64,000 nt of DNA from Pseudogymnoascus verrucosus (Eukaryota). The notes beneath the pieces were generated by a model. It ran no database searches. It was given only the letters and a program-made list of their open reading frames with translations, and was not told the origin of the DNA. Positions 11,933 to 22,988 of this stretch are shown in pieces (the first letter of the stretch is position 1; each line of letters begins with the position of its first letter). Made by a program: the position numbers and the translations under genes. The stretch lies in assembly GCA_001662655.1 (NCBI GenBank), contig KV460270.1; one strand, 5' to 3'.

Positions 11933-12131
11933 AGTGGGGGTTATGGGGGGTGTGAAACAACTAGTTGGAGTGATGTACGAGAGTCACTCACAAAGGCACG
12001 AGGGGGGCAATTATATTAGGCAGTTCAGTTCAGTATTATAAATGTCATTATTGTGTCGTCAATAGTATCATCATTATCATAACAGCTCCCGCCTGGTGAA
12101 CTACTTAGCAGCTGTTCAGACTCACTGAAAG

Positions 12132-13139
12132 TCATAGACCCATCCTCACAGTCTCTGCTTCAATAGATGCCCTCATCTGCTCGTGCTTAGCTAACAATCT
12201 GTTCTTCGCCCGATCATACAAAAACTGATCCTTCGCAGAAAGCTCGTAGATTATTCCATCGCAGTCGACTTCGAACCAGGTTTCCCAGAACTCAATCAGT
12301 TCCCAAGTTATGTTATCTTCTGTGACATGTCGCCATTCCTTAAAATCTTCATAGTCTTCTGCAAAGTCAATATCTGAAAACCACCCGTCACATAAAACAG
12401 TGTCGATCCCATCATCTAGGGCGCGGAAAAATGGGAAGTCGACTTGTTTAGGATGTTTCTCATGCGCGAAATGAATCCTAACTCCGTCGTTTTCGTCGTC
12501 TTCGTCGTCAGCCACAATCTTCGTCCATACACAATCATAGAAAAGCTGGTGGGAGATCCAGTGTAAGGGGGCTCTGGCGCCGAATTTTTGTGCGAATAAA
12601 CCTAGGGTGATGCCGGTTTCATAGGAGTCATGATGGTGGAGCTGCTCTGCGGTGAACTGTCGTGCTTTTAGAGTAGACGGGTGTAAAATGTAATCCTCTT
12701 CAAGCCCACGGTCTAGTAAGGTCTTTAAGGAGACCTCATGTACCACATAGTTCCTAGGTATAGCCCACTCGAAAACAACCTCATGGAGAAATAAATTAGG
12801 TTCCTTGAGTTTGCATCTTTTCGCCAACGTTTTTGCTAAATGGATTCGGGTAGCAGCTCCATCCGTGGTAGGTGGGACCTCTATAAAAGCAATCCAAATA
12901 TCTGCTGATGGCTCGCCATCCCCATAGTGCATGCCAAAAGCACGCCTCAGAGTGTCGATTATGCGATCACTGCATGATACCAAGGCCGTAGGCTCTCGAT
13001 TCCAATAGTTTGCATGGTTCCAGAACTCTCCAAGGAGGGCTGCGCGGGATAGTGGATCACCATCTGCCCCTCTACCAGAGACTAACTGCCTTGGACTTCT
13101 TTTAGAGTATACCCGAGTATACATTGTTCGATTAGCCAT
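12132..13139 (-). CDS. Uncharacterised fungal protein with a putative ADP-ribosyltransferase-like (R-S-E) N-terminal domain
   Basis: Intronless ORF. Start placed at MANRT (13139), although the frame is open to 13307. Motifs YTRVYS, HANYWNREPTALVSCS and HEVVFEWAIP, followed by an acidic/aromatic C-terminal half. Confidence 0.65.
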   Translation of the reverse strand: MANRTMYTRVYSKRSPRQLVSGRGADGDPLSRAALLGEFWNHANYWNREPTALVSCSDRIIDTLRRAFGMHYGDGEPSADIWIAFIEVPPTTDGAATRIHLAKTLAKRCKLKEPNLFLHEVVFEWAIPRNYVVHEVSLKTLLDRGLEEDYILHPSTLKARQFTAEQLHHHDSYETGITLGLFAQKFGARAPLHWISHQLFYDCVWTKIVADDEDDENDGVRIHFAHEKHPKQVDFPFFRALDDGIDTVLCDGWFSDIDFAEDYEDFKEWRHVTEDNITWELIEFWETWFEVDCDGIIYELSAKDQFLYDRAKNRLLAKHEQMRASIEAETVRMGL

Positions 13140-13389
13140 GGCTCGACTATCAGGTGCAGCATCCAAGTTCTCGTACTCCAAATCCTTGAGGCGTCTTCGA
13201 CAACGCAACCTGGTGGACCACGGCCCTTCTGTAGCCTTGCGATCCGTCAGACCCACTATCGACACTAGCCCAGCCTTTCCGCAGAGCCGCAACCCTTTCC
13301 ATCCCAAAATATTCCACCACCCAACCCACCGGTGCGCCCCAACCCAATTGCACGAACCCCGGCGCTTTACGAGGCGTTCATCTTATCGA

Positions 13390-16300
13390 ATGCACGCAGC
13401 CGCATGGGGAGCCCTTCGAACGACTCGAAGACCCCAATTATGGCGCACGTCCTGCCGCGTCGTAGCTGGTGTTCGACGACCCCTACCGTCGTCGTCGGCG
13501 AGGAATTTCCACAGATCGGCTATTGCGTATAGGATACCTGACGACAACCCGGCGGATGATCCGAAGAAGGGGGGTGGGGAGGGAGGACCGAAGATTACGG
13601 CGGAGGAGGAGAGTGCTGCGCCAGGGGATGCTGCGGCCGGTGAGCCTGTAGTGGCGAAAACGGATACGGCGACGAGTGGACAGAGGACGAAACGAGGGGA
13701 TTATGGATCTGCGGCGCGACGGGCGAACAGGAATGTACGAGTAAAGGAGGTTCCGCCTATAGTGCTGCCGGAGTGGTTTTTGGAAAACAACGTAAGGCCC
13801 AGTGGGGCGAAGGATAATGTGGAGCGGATATTATTGTTGGAGGATAGAACTGCGCCTGAAAAGGAGCAGGAGTCTGTCGAATCGGCGACTATAAAGACTG
13901 GTGACGAACCTGCGCCCTTACCAGAGGAAACTGTTGCGGATTCTGAGTTGGGCTCGGACGGTAAAGTTCGGTATAGTATGAAGAATATTGTCTTCCAGGA
14001 ACTACAGTCAAACATCGAAGCTTTATTGTCGATACGGCCGCCGAAAGGAGTCGACCCCAAGGAGGTCATTAGGCCGGATATTCTTCTTCAGTGTCCGCAA
14101 CGTGATGCAAGCGGGTTTATGAACCAGGTTGTTGATACGGTTGCGTTCAAGTTGAATGCTGACGTGGTGAGGCTGGATCCGGATGATATCGCACAGATTG
14201 TCGGAGAATACATGGGAGAGAACCTGGCATGGACACCATGCACAACTTCTCTACTCGGGTATGAGTTGGACAAAGTTGGGCGATATGAGGAGGAGATGAA
14301 TAGGGGAGAGGAAGAAGATGACTTGGAAATGGACGAGGTGGAGGATCCTCAAAAACCAGAATTGCCTAGCCTTTCTGCATTGACTTCGGCGTTGAAGGCT
14401 GGCAGTTCAAAACTTCGCGGTCTCACTATCATACCCGGTGCCGGTGCCCAAAGGTCGTTGTCGAAGCCGATGTCATTTGACGAGCTCTTCGGCCAGGGAC
14501 CCAATCAAAGCCGAACCCGGTCTACTTCCTCTTCAGAGTCTTGGTCTAATTTTAAGCTCACCGCTGCATTGGAAGCGCTCGTTGACGCCTCATACAACAC
14601 AGCGGCTAAGTCGACAAGCGCGACTACTTCAACGGATCCTAGCAGCGCAGAAACCCCGCCACCAAAGCCTACTATCATCCAAATCAACCAGTACAAGGAG
14701 ATGGGCAAAATCGATGCTGGCATTAACATCCTCAAGATGCTGCGTGACATTGTCAAGAAGAGGTGGCTGGAAGGAAGGCATATTGCCATTATCGGAACCA
14801 CGACAGCAGGAGACCCCGTCCCCGCAACCACGCTCGACTCTATAGTCCAACTCCAATCCGACGTTGTTTTCGGCGACCAACGGACTATAATGGTGACCCC
14901 AGCCAAGACGCAGGACATGGAAGCCCTAAAAATCGACGAAAAACACCGTAATCGCCGTGTCAATATCCGTCACCTAAAGGACATGGTTTCCAAATTATCC
15001 AATGGCGAAGCTGCGCCACTGATAGACAATATCGTTGAAAATTTCCTATCAACACGCAACGTTGCTCCTCCCTCAGAACCCCAAGTATGGAGCGACCTAC
15101 ACACCAAAATGGTAGAAGACCTCGAAGAATCCATCTGGCCCTACCCCCGCGTCCACCGCCTCGCAACCGTCATGATCGGCTCCTCATCCATCGACCTCAC
15201 CCACGCCGGCAACTCCTCCCTCCTCGCCGCCTACGACATCATCGACGCCAGCGACGAAGAGAAAGCCCTCTGGATGAAGAAAGACGATCGGAAAAAATCG
15301 TCCACCACCACATCATCATCCAAAGACTCCCTCGCCGACCAAAAACGCAGACAGATCAAGGTAAACGCCACCCTGCGCGAGAAGAAACTCCTCGGCGGAG
15401 TCGTGCACCCCGAAAACATCAAAGTCACATTCTCCGACGTCCGCGCCCCGGCAGATACCATCGACGCCCTCAAGACCCTCACGAGCCTCTCCTTAGTCCG
15501 ACCAGAGGCATTCTCCTACGGTGTCCTCGCTAAAGACAAGATCCCCGGTGTCCTCCTCTACGGGCCCCCCGGCACAGGCAAAACGATGCTGGCTAAAGCC
15601 CTCGCCAAGGAAAGCGACACCACGGTCCTCGAAGTCTCCGGGTCAGAGATCTACGACAAGTACGTCGGCGAGGGCGAGAAGAACGTCAAAGCCGTCTTCT
15701 CCCTTGCCAAGAAACTCGCCCCCTGCATCGTCTTCATTGACGAGGCGGACGCTATCTTCGGGGACCGCGGCGCGGGAAGCCAGCGCACCAGCCACCGCGA
15801 GATCATTAATGAGTTCCTCCGCGAATGGGACGGGATGAACGATCTCTCCGCTTTCATTATGGTCGCTACGAATCGGCCGTTTGATCTCGATGAGGCGATT
15901 CTGAGACGTCTGCCGAGACGGTTGTTGATTGATCTCCCCGTCGAGGCGGATAGAGAGGCGATATTGAAGATTCATCTCCAAGGCGAGGATCTGGAGGATT
16001 CAGTTGACCTCGCGGCCTTGGCAGCAAATACGCCCTTCTACTCCGGCTCAGACCTCAAGAACCTCAGCGTCGCCGCAGCCCTAGCGTGCGTGCGCGAGGA
16101 AACCACCACAGCGACAGCGGCAGCCGCCTCCTCCGCTGCCGCAGGGGAAGACGTCTCCGCCTTATCGAAGAACCTGTCATACCCCGCTAAGCGGACGATC
16201 GGGAAGAGACATTTCGACATCGCGATCCAGGAGATTTCGGCGAGTGTTAGTGAAGATATGGCGACGCTTGCTGCGATTCGCAAGTTTGATGAGAGGTACG

Positions 16301-16419
16301 GGGATCGAAAGGGGAGGAAGAAGAAGACGGCGATGGGGTTTGGGAGGGAGAGGGAGGGGGTGGATGAGGAGGGAGCGAGGGTTAGGCAGAGGGAGGTTGG
16401 GAGGGGGGTGGGGATTTGA
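13390..16419 (+). CDS. Mitochondrial AAA+ ATPase (Msp1/spastin clade) with long N-terminal extension
   Basis: Walker A GPPGTGKT, Walker B IVFIDE, SRH ATNRPFDLDEAILRRLPRR. Arg-rich, acid-free presequence from ATG 13390 (MHAAAWGALRTTRRPQLWR..RNFHRS). Confidence 0.88.
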   Translation: MHAAAWGALRTTRRPQLWRTSCRVVAGVRRPLPSSSARNFHRSAIAYRIPDDNPADDPKKGGGEGGPKITAEEESAAPGDAAAGEPVVAKTDTATSGQRTKRGDYGSAARRANRNVRVKEVPPIVLPEWFLENNVRPSGAKDNVERILLLEDRTAPEKEQESVESATIKTGDEPAPLPEETVADSELGSDGKVRYSMKNIVFQELQSNIEALLSIRPPKGVDPKEVIRPDILLQCPQRDASGFMNQVVDTVAFKLNADVVRLDPDDIAQIVGEYMGENLAWTPCTTSLLGYELDKVGRYEEEMNRGEEEDDLEMDEVEDPQKPELPSLSALTSALKAGSSKLRGLTIIPGAGAQRSLSKPMSFDELFGQGPNQSRTRSTSSSESWSNFKLTAALEALVDASYNTAAKSTSATTSTDPSSAETPPPKPTIIQINQYKEMGKIDAGINILKMLRDIVKKRWLEGRHIAIIGTTTAGDPVPATTLDSIVQLQSDVVFGDQRTIMVTPAKTQDMEALKIDEKHRNRRVNIRHLKDMVSKLSNGEAAPLIDNIVENFLSTRNVAPPSEPQVWSDLHTKMVEDLEESIWPYPRVHRLATVMIGSSSIDLTHAGNSSLLAAYDIIDASDEEKALWMKKDDRKKSSTTTSSSKDSLADQKRRQIKVNATLREKKLLGGVVHPENIKVTFSDVRAPADTIDALKTLTSLSLVRPEAFSYGVLAKDKIPGVLLYGPPGTGKTMLAKALAKESDTTVLEVSGSEIYDKYVGEGEKNVKAVFSLAKKLAPCIVFIDEADAIFGDRGAGSQRTSHREIINEFLREWDGMNDLSAFIMVATNRPFDLDEAILRRLPRRLLIDLPVEADREAILKIHLQGEDLEDSVDLAALAANTPFYSGSDLKNLSVAAALACVREETTTATAAAASSAAAGEDVSALSKNLSYPAKRTIGKRHFDIAIQEISASVSEDMATLAAIRKFDERYGDRKGRKKKTAMGFGREREGVDEEGARVRQREVGRGVGI

Positions 16420-17012
16420 GAGGGGGGGGGTTTTTTTTGTTTTGAAGTGCGGAGGGGGGTTGGCGTGATTGGGGAAGGGGTGTATTTATATGTGTATTAT
16501 ATCGGGGAGGTTGTAGATAGATATGTATAAGATTGGGAAGAAGGAGGCATTTACTGGGAGTTTTTTGAGACTGTAGAATTTAGGACATTTAGTAGAAGAG
16601 GTGGAGGGAGCTAGAGAGAATACGATATCAGGTATGAGTACCTGAACCGCCTTAACGTGTGAAAGGGGACTGCCAGCAGTGTTTACGCCAACGCTGAGTG
16701 AAATATAGGATCTCAATCACTTGGGATTACAACCAATAAAACAGTTACCCAGGAATAGAGCTAGAGAGAGAAATCCTATCAGCTTAAATTACTCCCACCA
16801 CTCACTCCCCAGCCACAAACAGCCCCTCCATGCTTTTGGGCAACAGCACAAGTATTAGACAATACAATATCAACCACTATATGACATGCAACCCACCTCC
16901 CTCCCCCCTTCTTCAAATCCCAAAACCCAAAACTCATAAAATCATGCCCGGCCTAAACAGCCCATACTCCCCCCACCCAACCCAAAAACGCCATCCAACC
17001 TCTCTACCCCCG

Positions 17013-18600
17013 CTACACAATCTCCGGCCCCCCCCTCCCAAAAACCTTCTGCAAACTCCTCCTCCACACCCCCTTCTGCGCCTGCGCCTGCGCCGCGACA
17101 TCCGCCCTCCGTCTCGCCACACCCGCCTCCGGCTCCGTGCCCCTAGGCGGCCACTCGCCATCTCTCTTCCACCCGTCCACGCAACTACTCACCACCGTCT
17201 GCAGATTAATCGGACACATGGGTGTTTGGCTCTGCATCACCACTTTGTCGTAAATGGTGCTGTGCGCGCGGCTGGTGATGTTGCGGCGCATGGGGGTGGA
17301 GGGGGGGAGGAGGGGAGGGGCGACGGGGACGAGTGTGTCGAGGATGGGTTCGTCGTCTTCTGGGGGTTTCTCGCCGGAGGGGGATGTGGGGGATGTGGGC
17401 GCGCATCGGGGACGGCGCACGATTCGGGCGTTGGTCCAGGCGTTTCGGCGGGCGGTGAAGCAGCGTAGTCCCTCGTTGTATGCTAGTTCCTCCTGTAATT
17501 TCCGCTGGCGACGGAGTTTCCTGCGGTCTGCAGACCGGCGGAGCGCCTCGCCCACGCCGTCTGGGGAGTCGAATCGGAAAGGGTTTATCTTCTTCTTCTT
17601 CGTCTTCGGCGCCTTAGCCGATCCGCTCGTGGAATTCGTACTCGTCTGCGCGAGCCCCCCATCGCTCTCCTCGCTCTCAGACATCTCGCTCAGCCAGTCC
17701 CCGCGCTCGATCCAGGTTGTAGGATCCGCGGGGTCGCCTTCGGGGAGAGCCTCTTCTGAGGGTTCTAGCGCGACGAGGTCGATTTTGTCGGGGAAGGACC
17801 AGTCGTTGCGGATTCTGGAGGCGAGGAGGTTGCGCACGGCTTCTTTTTGCTTGAGGCGGTCTTTGCTCGTTAGGTCGGCTTCGTACTCTGTTAAGGCGGG
17901 GGTGGTGGCCATGGAGCGGCGGCGGTGCGCGGCGGCGGCGCCGTTGGGAAGGAAGAGCATCGTGCTGTTGGTGGTGCCCGTGGTGGGCGTGCCGGTCTGG
18001 GGGAAGGAGGCGATGAACTCGGTGTTGCTGCGCGTTGGGAAGGTGAGGCTTGGGGGGTTAGATGGGGAGAGCGGCGACGGCGCATTGGCGTCCGCGAAGG
18101 GCGTGGAGACGGGGGCGGGTGCGGAGGTTCGAACTATTAATGCGGGGTTGGCGACTGGATGGGGGAGATGCGGGTTAGCTCGTTGTACTTATATGCTCGG
18201 TGCGTGCCGCATACGCGGATTACATGCTTCACCGCGGTTTTGTAGAGAAGGGAAGGAAGGGGGTTCGGGGCGACTCACGGTCTGTTGGATCGGCCCCTTG
18301 CAGGAAGGTCTCGTGGCTCTCTAGAGGCCTGGACTCTGTCGTCTGGGACGCCACATTGGGAGCATCGACGACGTCGACGCTCTCAGACACACTAGCGGCA
18401 GTGACAGGTAGTATTTGTTGCGCAGCGCTTAACTCAGCGCCTGGTTGACCGAGGAGCTCGGAATTCGATGGTGGTGAGGGATTGATCCCATCGCCGCGGA
18501 GACTATTGAGATCATCGCTCTGGGCGGTAGCTGTGGCGGCTGCGTCGTCGATGGGGTGGTGGTCACCGGACTGGCTGGATTTCCTTGGTTGTTGCCCCAT
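17013..18600 (-). CDS. DUF4050 / Gag1-like clamp-domain protein
   Basis: Motifs ARRNAWT and IYDKVV..TPMCPINLQTVVSSCVDGWKRDGEWPP. An intron at 18155-18278 (GTGAGT..GCTAAC..CAG, phase 1) joins the 18600 ORF to the 17013-17960 ORF in frame. Confidence 0.75.
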
Positions 18601-19244
18601 GATGTGAGGGGTTGGTTGGAGGCTCGCCGTGCGGTGGCGGGGTAGTGAAGTGAGTGGCTTGCCCTTCCCGTATGGGATGCGGCGCTATTCCAAATTCCTT
18701 TCCCTATGAGTGTGAGATGTGAATGGGATGCATGTGCACGTTATTGTAAATATTGTGAATATTGGGGATTATTGTGAATATAGTGATGGGGAAGGTAGAA
18801 GCTGGTCGCGTGTTTGTATAGGATGTTTTTTGTGCAGCAGATTGTTCCCCAGTCCAGTGAGTGGACCTAGCTATGGATTAGCTACGGCGATTTGATTGTA
18901 AAGTGTGGAGAAATATGTATGGTACTTGTCAAAAATGGTGCTGTTCTCTGTTCTGAATTATACAAGTTGACACAGCTCTGTGTGGGTATATTTGAGTCTA
19001 GTGTTGAGTCTAGTATTGAGTCCAGTACTACAGTTGTACCGAGGCGGAATCGAATCATAAAATATAGATACCTGAAATATAGGGCATAGATGTAGAGAAA
19101 TAAGGCGTTAAGACTTGTTTCTAAGGCTATAATGAGATATTGCGGATAAATTTATCACCGATATCACGTGAACCGTTTTCATTGAAATCGCTCCAACGTC
19201 CAGGATAGTCAAATCACGAGCAATATCACTGAAACATATATACG

Positions 19245-19697
19245 ATGTCTAAAGGTCGCGCGTTCATTCCGGTCGTCTTTGCGGTCGGTTTTGGAGTTGC
19301 CAATGGTATGTTTTGCCCAATTACATGATTTGTCACATGTGCTAAAAGATACAAGCTCTCTGGGCTTTCGGTCCAGCATTCGAGGAGCAAGCTCAAGAGC
19401 GGGCGGAGAAAGCTAGGTTTGTTGCTTTATATATGATGTGATATTGAACAATACTGATATATTTCTAGGAGGCTAGAGGAAGGTGATAAACCGCTGGACA
19501 AGGAGGTTACCGCATCGATAAAAGCGGCAGCTGATGCAAGCCGCTCAGAGGCAACTGCTGAAGCTCTCCAAAGCAAATCAAACGTTTGGCAGACGGCTGC
19601 AAAGTTCTGGGATAAACCTTCAAATATTTCATCACCCACCAATGAAATATCCCAGACAATTACGAAGGGCCAAAAGCCTGATGAGTCGTCGAAGTAG
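19245..19697 (+). CDS. Small single-pass membrane protein, PIGBOS1-like (116 aa, 3 exons)
   Basis: Exons 19245-19305, 19356-19416 and 19469-19697 splice in frame to MSKGRAFIPVVFAVGFGVANALWAFGPAFEEQAQERAEKARRLEEG...PDESSK*. Not in the ORF track. Confidence 0.75.
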
Positions 19698-20513
19698 TAG
19701 CTGAGCTGGGCTTAGAACGGAAGTTTGACGTGTCACATTCGGAATAGAGTTGTATTATGTTAGACTGAGAGATTTGCGATGGAAGGTTATATGTACGAGT
19801 ATATGTTGGTGATTTACTTGGAGGAGTTCTCAGGATAGAGGTGTATAATAGATGGATGTTCAATGACTGGGTGTTTCTTTAATCGTCGGAAATTTGGACC
19901 AGGAAATAAGAGTCACTTAGTGGCTAAAGACAACCCATAGGCCCTGCTGCTGATTTGAGTGTTTATAGCAACTGTGGATAGGATAAAGGGCTCTCAGATA
20001 CTCAAGGCTATGAGTAGCCCATAGGCTCTGTCGCCACTTTAAGTGTTTATAGTAACTCTAATAAAATACGGGATCTTGACAACTGAAAGCAGTCATTAAT
20101 ATATTGCTGTATTCCAATAGGCTGATTACTTAGGAGTCAAGCTAAAGTAAAAAATTATACCAGCCAGTTTTAATCGTAGGATCAATTATCACATGGACAA
20201 GGTCCCTTAGACCCTTGGACTTGGACGGCGAGTATGTGTCAGCCTCGTCATTGTTTACAGCGCAATCGCGGGGAAATGCAGCCTTGTGTTGCAACCTTCC
20301 AATCAAGTCCTGTGCATCACACATTCAACCCAACCAGGATTCAAACGAACTGTAAGGTGACGTCGATGATGTTGGTCTGCTAGAGAACACACTGAACAAC
20401 AGCATCAAGCTATTCCATCTTCGCTTTCGCATTTCAAGGCCACCCCGTGGCACGCTGGGCATGTAATAGAGCTCCGTTCTGTACTATAACGTAGCGTTGA
20501 TAAGAGAATCAAC

Positions 20514-22896
20514 ATGTCTACAAGAGCGGGAAACGGGAAGAAAGATGGCGATGGTGACCAAGAAAATGACCTCAAAACCCTCTTATCTGGGGAGCAGCGA
20601 GAGGGGTTTACCCTTCTCGTGGCAGATATTATGGAGCTCATGAAAAAGAGGACCTTGGATACCTTTGATGCGTCTTTTACGTCTGAGAAGCCTCAGGACC
20701 AAAACCTTGACGGCAAGAATCCGAATGCGGATCAGGATCAAGCTTCGAGTGAAGAGCAGGAAAAAGCCCAAGCTTTACGGGAGAAGCGGGAGAAAGAGAT
20801 ATCGGGACCAAAGATGCAAGAGTTGAAGAAATTAGCGTTGCAACACTTTCAAAAATGGGAGATGTCCGTACTGGGAAGAGTTGGAGATGTCCTCAATACC
20901 TCAGAGGCCACGGATGGCAAGCGCGAAGAAGCAAAGAATTTCGCACCCGCGGCGTCGGGCCCTCCGGCGAGACCAGAGTACAAGGTTGTTGGGATGTCTG
21001 ATATATTCAAAAGTGCCTACCCATTTCTCCTTGGATTACTCCATTCAACCTCTACGTATATATGTCCGTTCCAGCTAGTATATGCTAACAAACTTCGTGA
21101 ATGAAGAATCAAAAGACAATGTCAATACCGAAGAAGACGACGAAGAAGAAAATGACAGGGCCGACGCCGCTCTTATTCACCTTTACCCTCCAGTATCAAC
21201 TACATTGCTATCACTGACGAAGAAGAAGCGGGTTCTCATATTGAATTCAACCCTTTTGTTGCTACTATCACTCGAGCATTATGAAGCTCATTCCCGAATT
21301 CTACTCCTCTACATGGCTTCGTCGCTCCATCTTCCGCTCGAGACCCTCACAGAAGACGAAGTCAAAATTGCCAAAACACTTCTTGAGGCGGCAAAACACA
21401 TGTCGGCCGAGGAAGAAGCCAAGAAAAGAGGTGAAGAGAACCAAACGGCACGAAGGTGGAAAGTTGGACTTGCTGGAATTGCAGGAGCTGCCTTAATAGG
21501 AATTACAGGTGGTCTCGCTGCCCCTCTGGTAGCTGCCGGACTAGGTACCATAATGGGAGGCCTTGGCCTAGGCGCAACAGCAGCTGCAGGCCTCCTCGGC
21601 GCACTGGCTCAGAGTGGAGTTATAGTCGGAGCGTTATTTGGAGCCTATGGTGGTAGGATGACGGGACAGATGATGGACATGTACGCCAAAGAGGTCGAGG
21701 ATTTTGCATTTCTTCCGCTGCGAGGCTCGACTAGAAAAGCAAAGAAAACTGCAGAAATCCCCGCCGAAGATAGGCGACTACGCGTGACGATCGGGATTAG
21801 TGGGTGGCTTACCCAGAGAGAGGATATCATCAGCCCGTGGAGAGCACTTGGTCATCAGAGCGAGATATTCGCCCTCCGATGGGAACTGAAAGCGCTCATG
21901 AACCTTGGTACATCCATGGAGTCTGTTCTTAAGTCTGCAGCGTGGACGGTGGCGAAGAAGGAGATCATTGCGCGGACAATTTTTGGAAGCCTAATGTTCG
22001 CTCTCTGGCCTTTGAGCTTTTTGAAAGCCAGCAAGGTTTTGGACAATCCGTTCAGTGTTGCGAAGAACCGAGCGGATAAGGCAGGCTTGGTGCTTGCAGA
22101 TGCAATAATCAACAAGGCACAGGGAGAGCGGCCGGTAACTCTGATCGGCTACAGTTTAGGCGCCAGAGTAATATACTCGTGTCTGATGTCCCTTGCAGAA
22201 AGAAAGGCATTTGGTCTTGTCGAATCAGCCGTCTTGATAGGCGCTCCCTGTCCTTCAGATGGTCCTTTCTGGCGTGCTATGAAAAGCGTTGTCAGTGGAA
22301 GGCTTGTGAACGTCTACTCTGAGAATGACTATATTCTGGGATTCCTATACCGCACTAGTAGCATTCAACTTGGCGTTGCCGGCCTACAACAGATTGGAGA
22401 CGTCAGCGGGATTGAGAATGTAAATGTTAGTGGTATAGTTTCTGGGCATCTGAGATACCAATATCTTGTCGGCGTTATCCTACAAAAGATTGGTTGGGAG
22501 GACATTGACCGTGGGGAGGTGGCAAGGGAAGCGGAAACGATTGCCTTGCTTGATAGAGAGGACGAGGAGAAGCTGAGAGAGATAACTGATCCTGATGAGG
22601 ATCTTATTGATTTTGGCGCAGACAAACCAGTTGCCGAGACGAAATCCGAAAAGGATAAGGATGACCATGCGCAGGATAAATCTCGGGCCAACATAGACGA
22701 CGACGTCAAGCCAGCTTCTGAGACGGACGAGAAGAGCAAGAATGACAACCTAGAGCAGGATAAACCACAGGCCAACATAGAGGATGTGCCAGAGAAATCA
22801 CAACCCTGGGGAAACGCGTTCAGCAGGCCTGAGCGATCAGGAGCTGAAGAGGACGACGACAAGCTGCATGAGCCAATTGAGCAGATGCACTTCTGA
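20514..22896 (+). CDS. DUF726 / TMCO4 / Mil1-like alpha/beta-hydrolase-fold membrane protein
   Basis: Gly/Ala-rich hydrophobic block (KVGLAGIAGAALIGITGGLAAPLVAAG), RPVTLIGYSLGARV nucleophile elbow, VVSGRLVNVYSENDYILGFLYR and GHLRY. One intron ends at 21106; its donor is uncertain. Confidence 0.85.
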
Positions 22897-22988
22897 GATT
22901 GTTTATTTATGTTTTTGAGATTTTAGTACGTGAGAGTTTAGCTAGGATACCAATGAATTTATGTCTCCCTTTGCTTGTGATGTTACAA

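Noticed and set aside
13138..13389. N-terminal 84-aa extension of the AAA ATPase in the ORF track
   Set aside because: Its ATG overlaps the divergent gene's start (CATG). The mitochondrial presequence begins at ATG 13390.
16830..18324. Long plus-strand ORFs (212 and 356 aa) antisense to the DUF4050 gene, and similar antisense ORFs throughout the window
   Set aside because: Shadow ORFs produced by GC-rich, skewed codon usage, with no recognisable domains.
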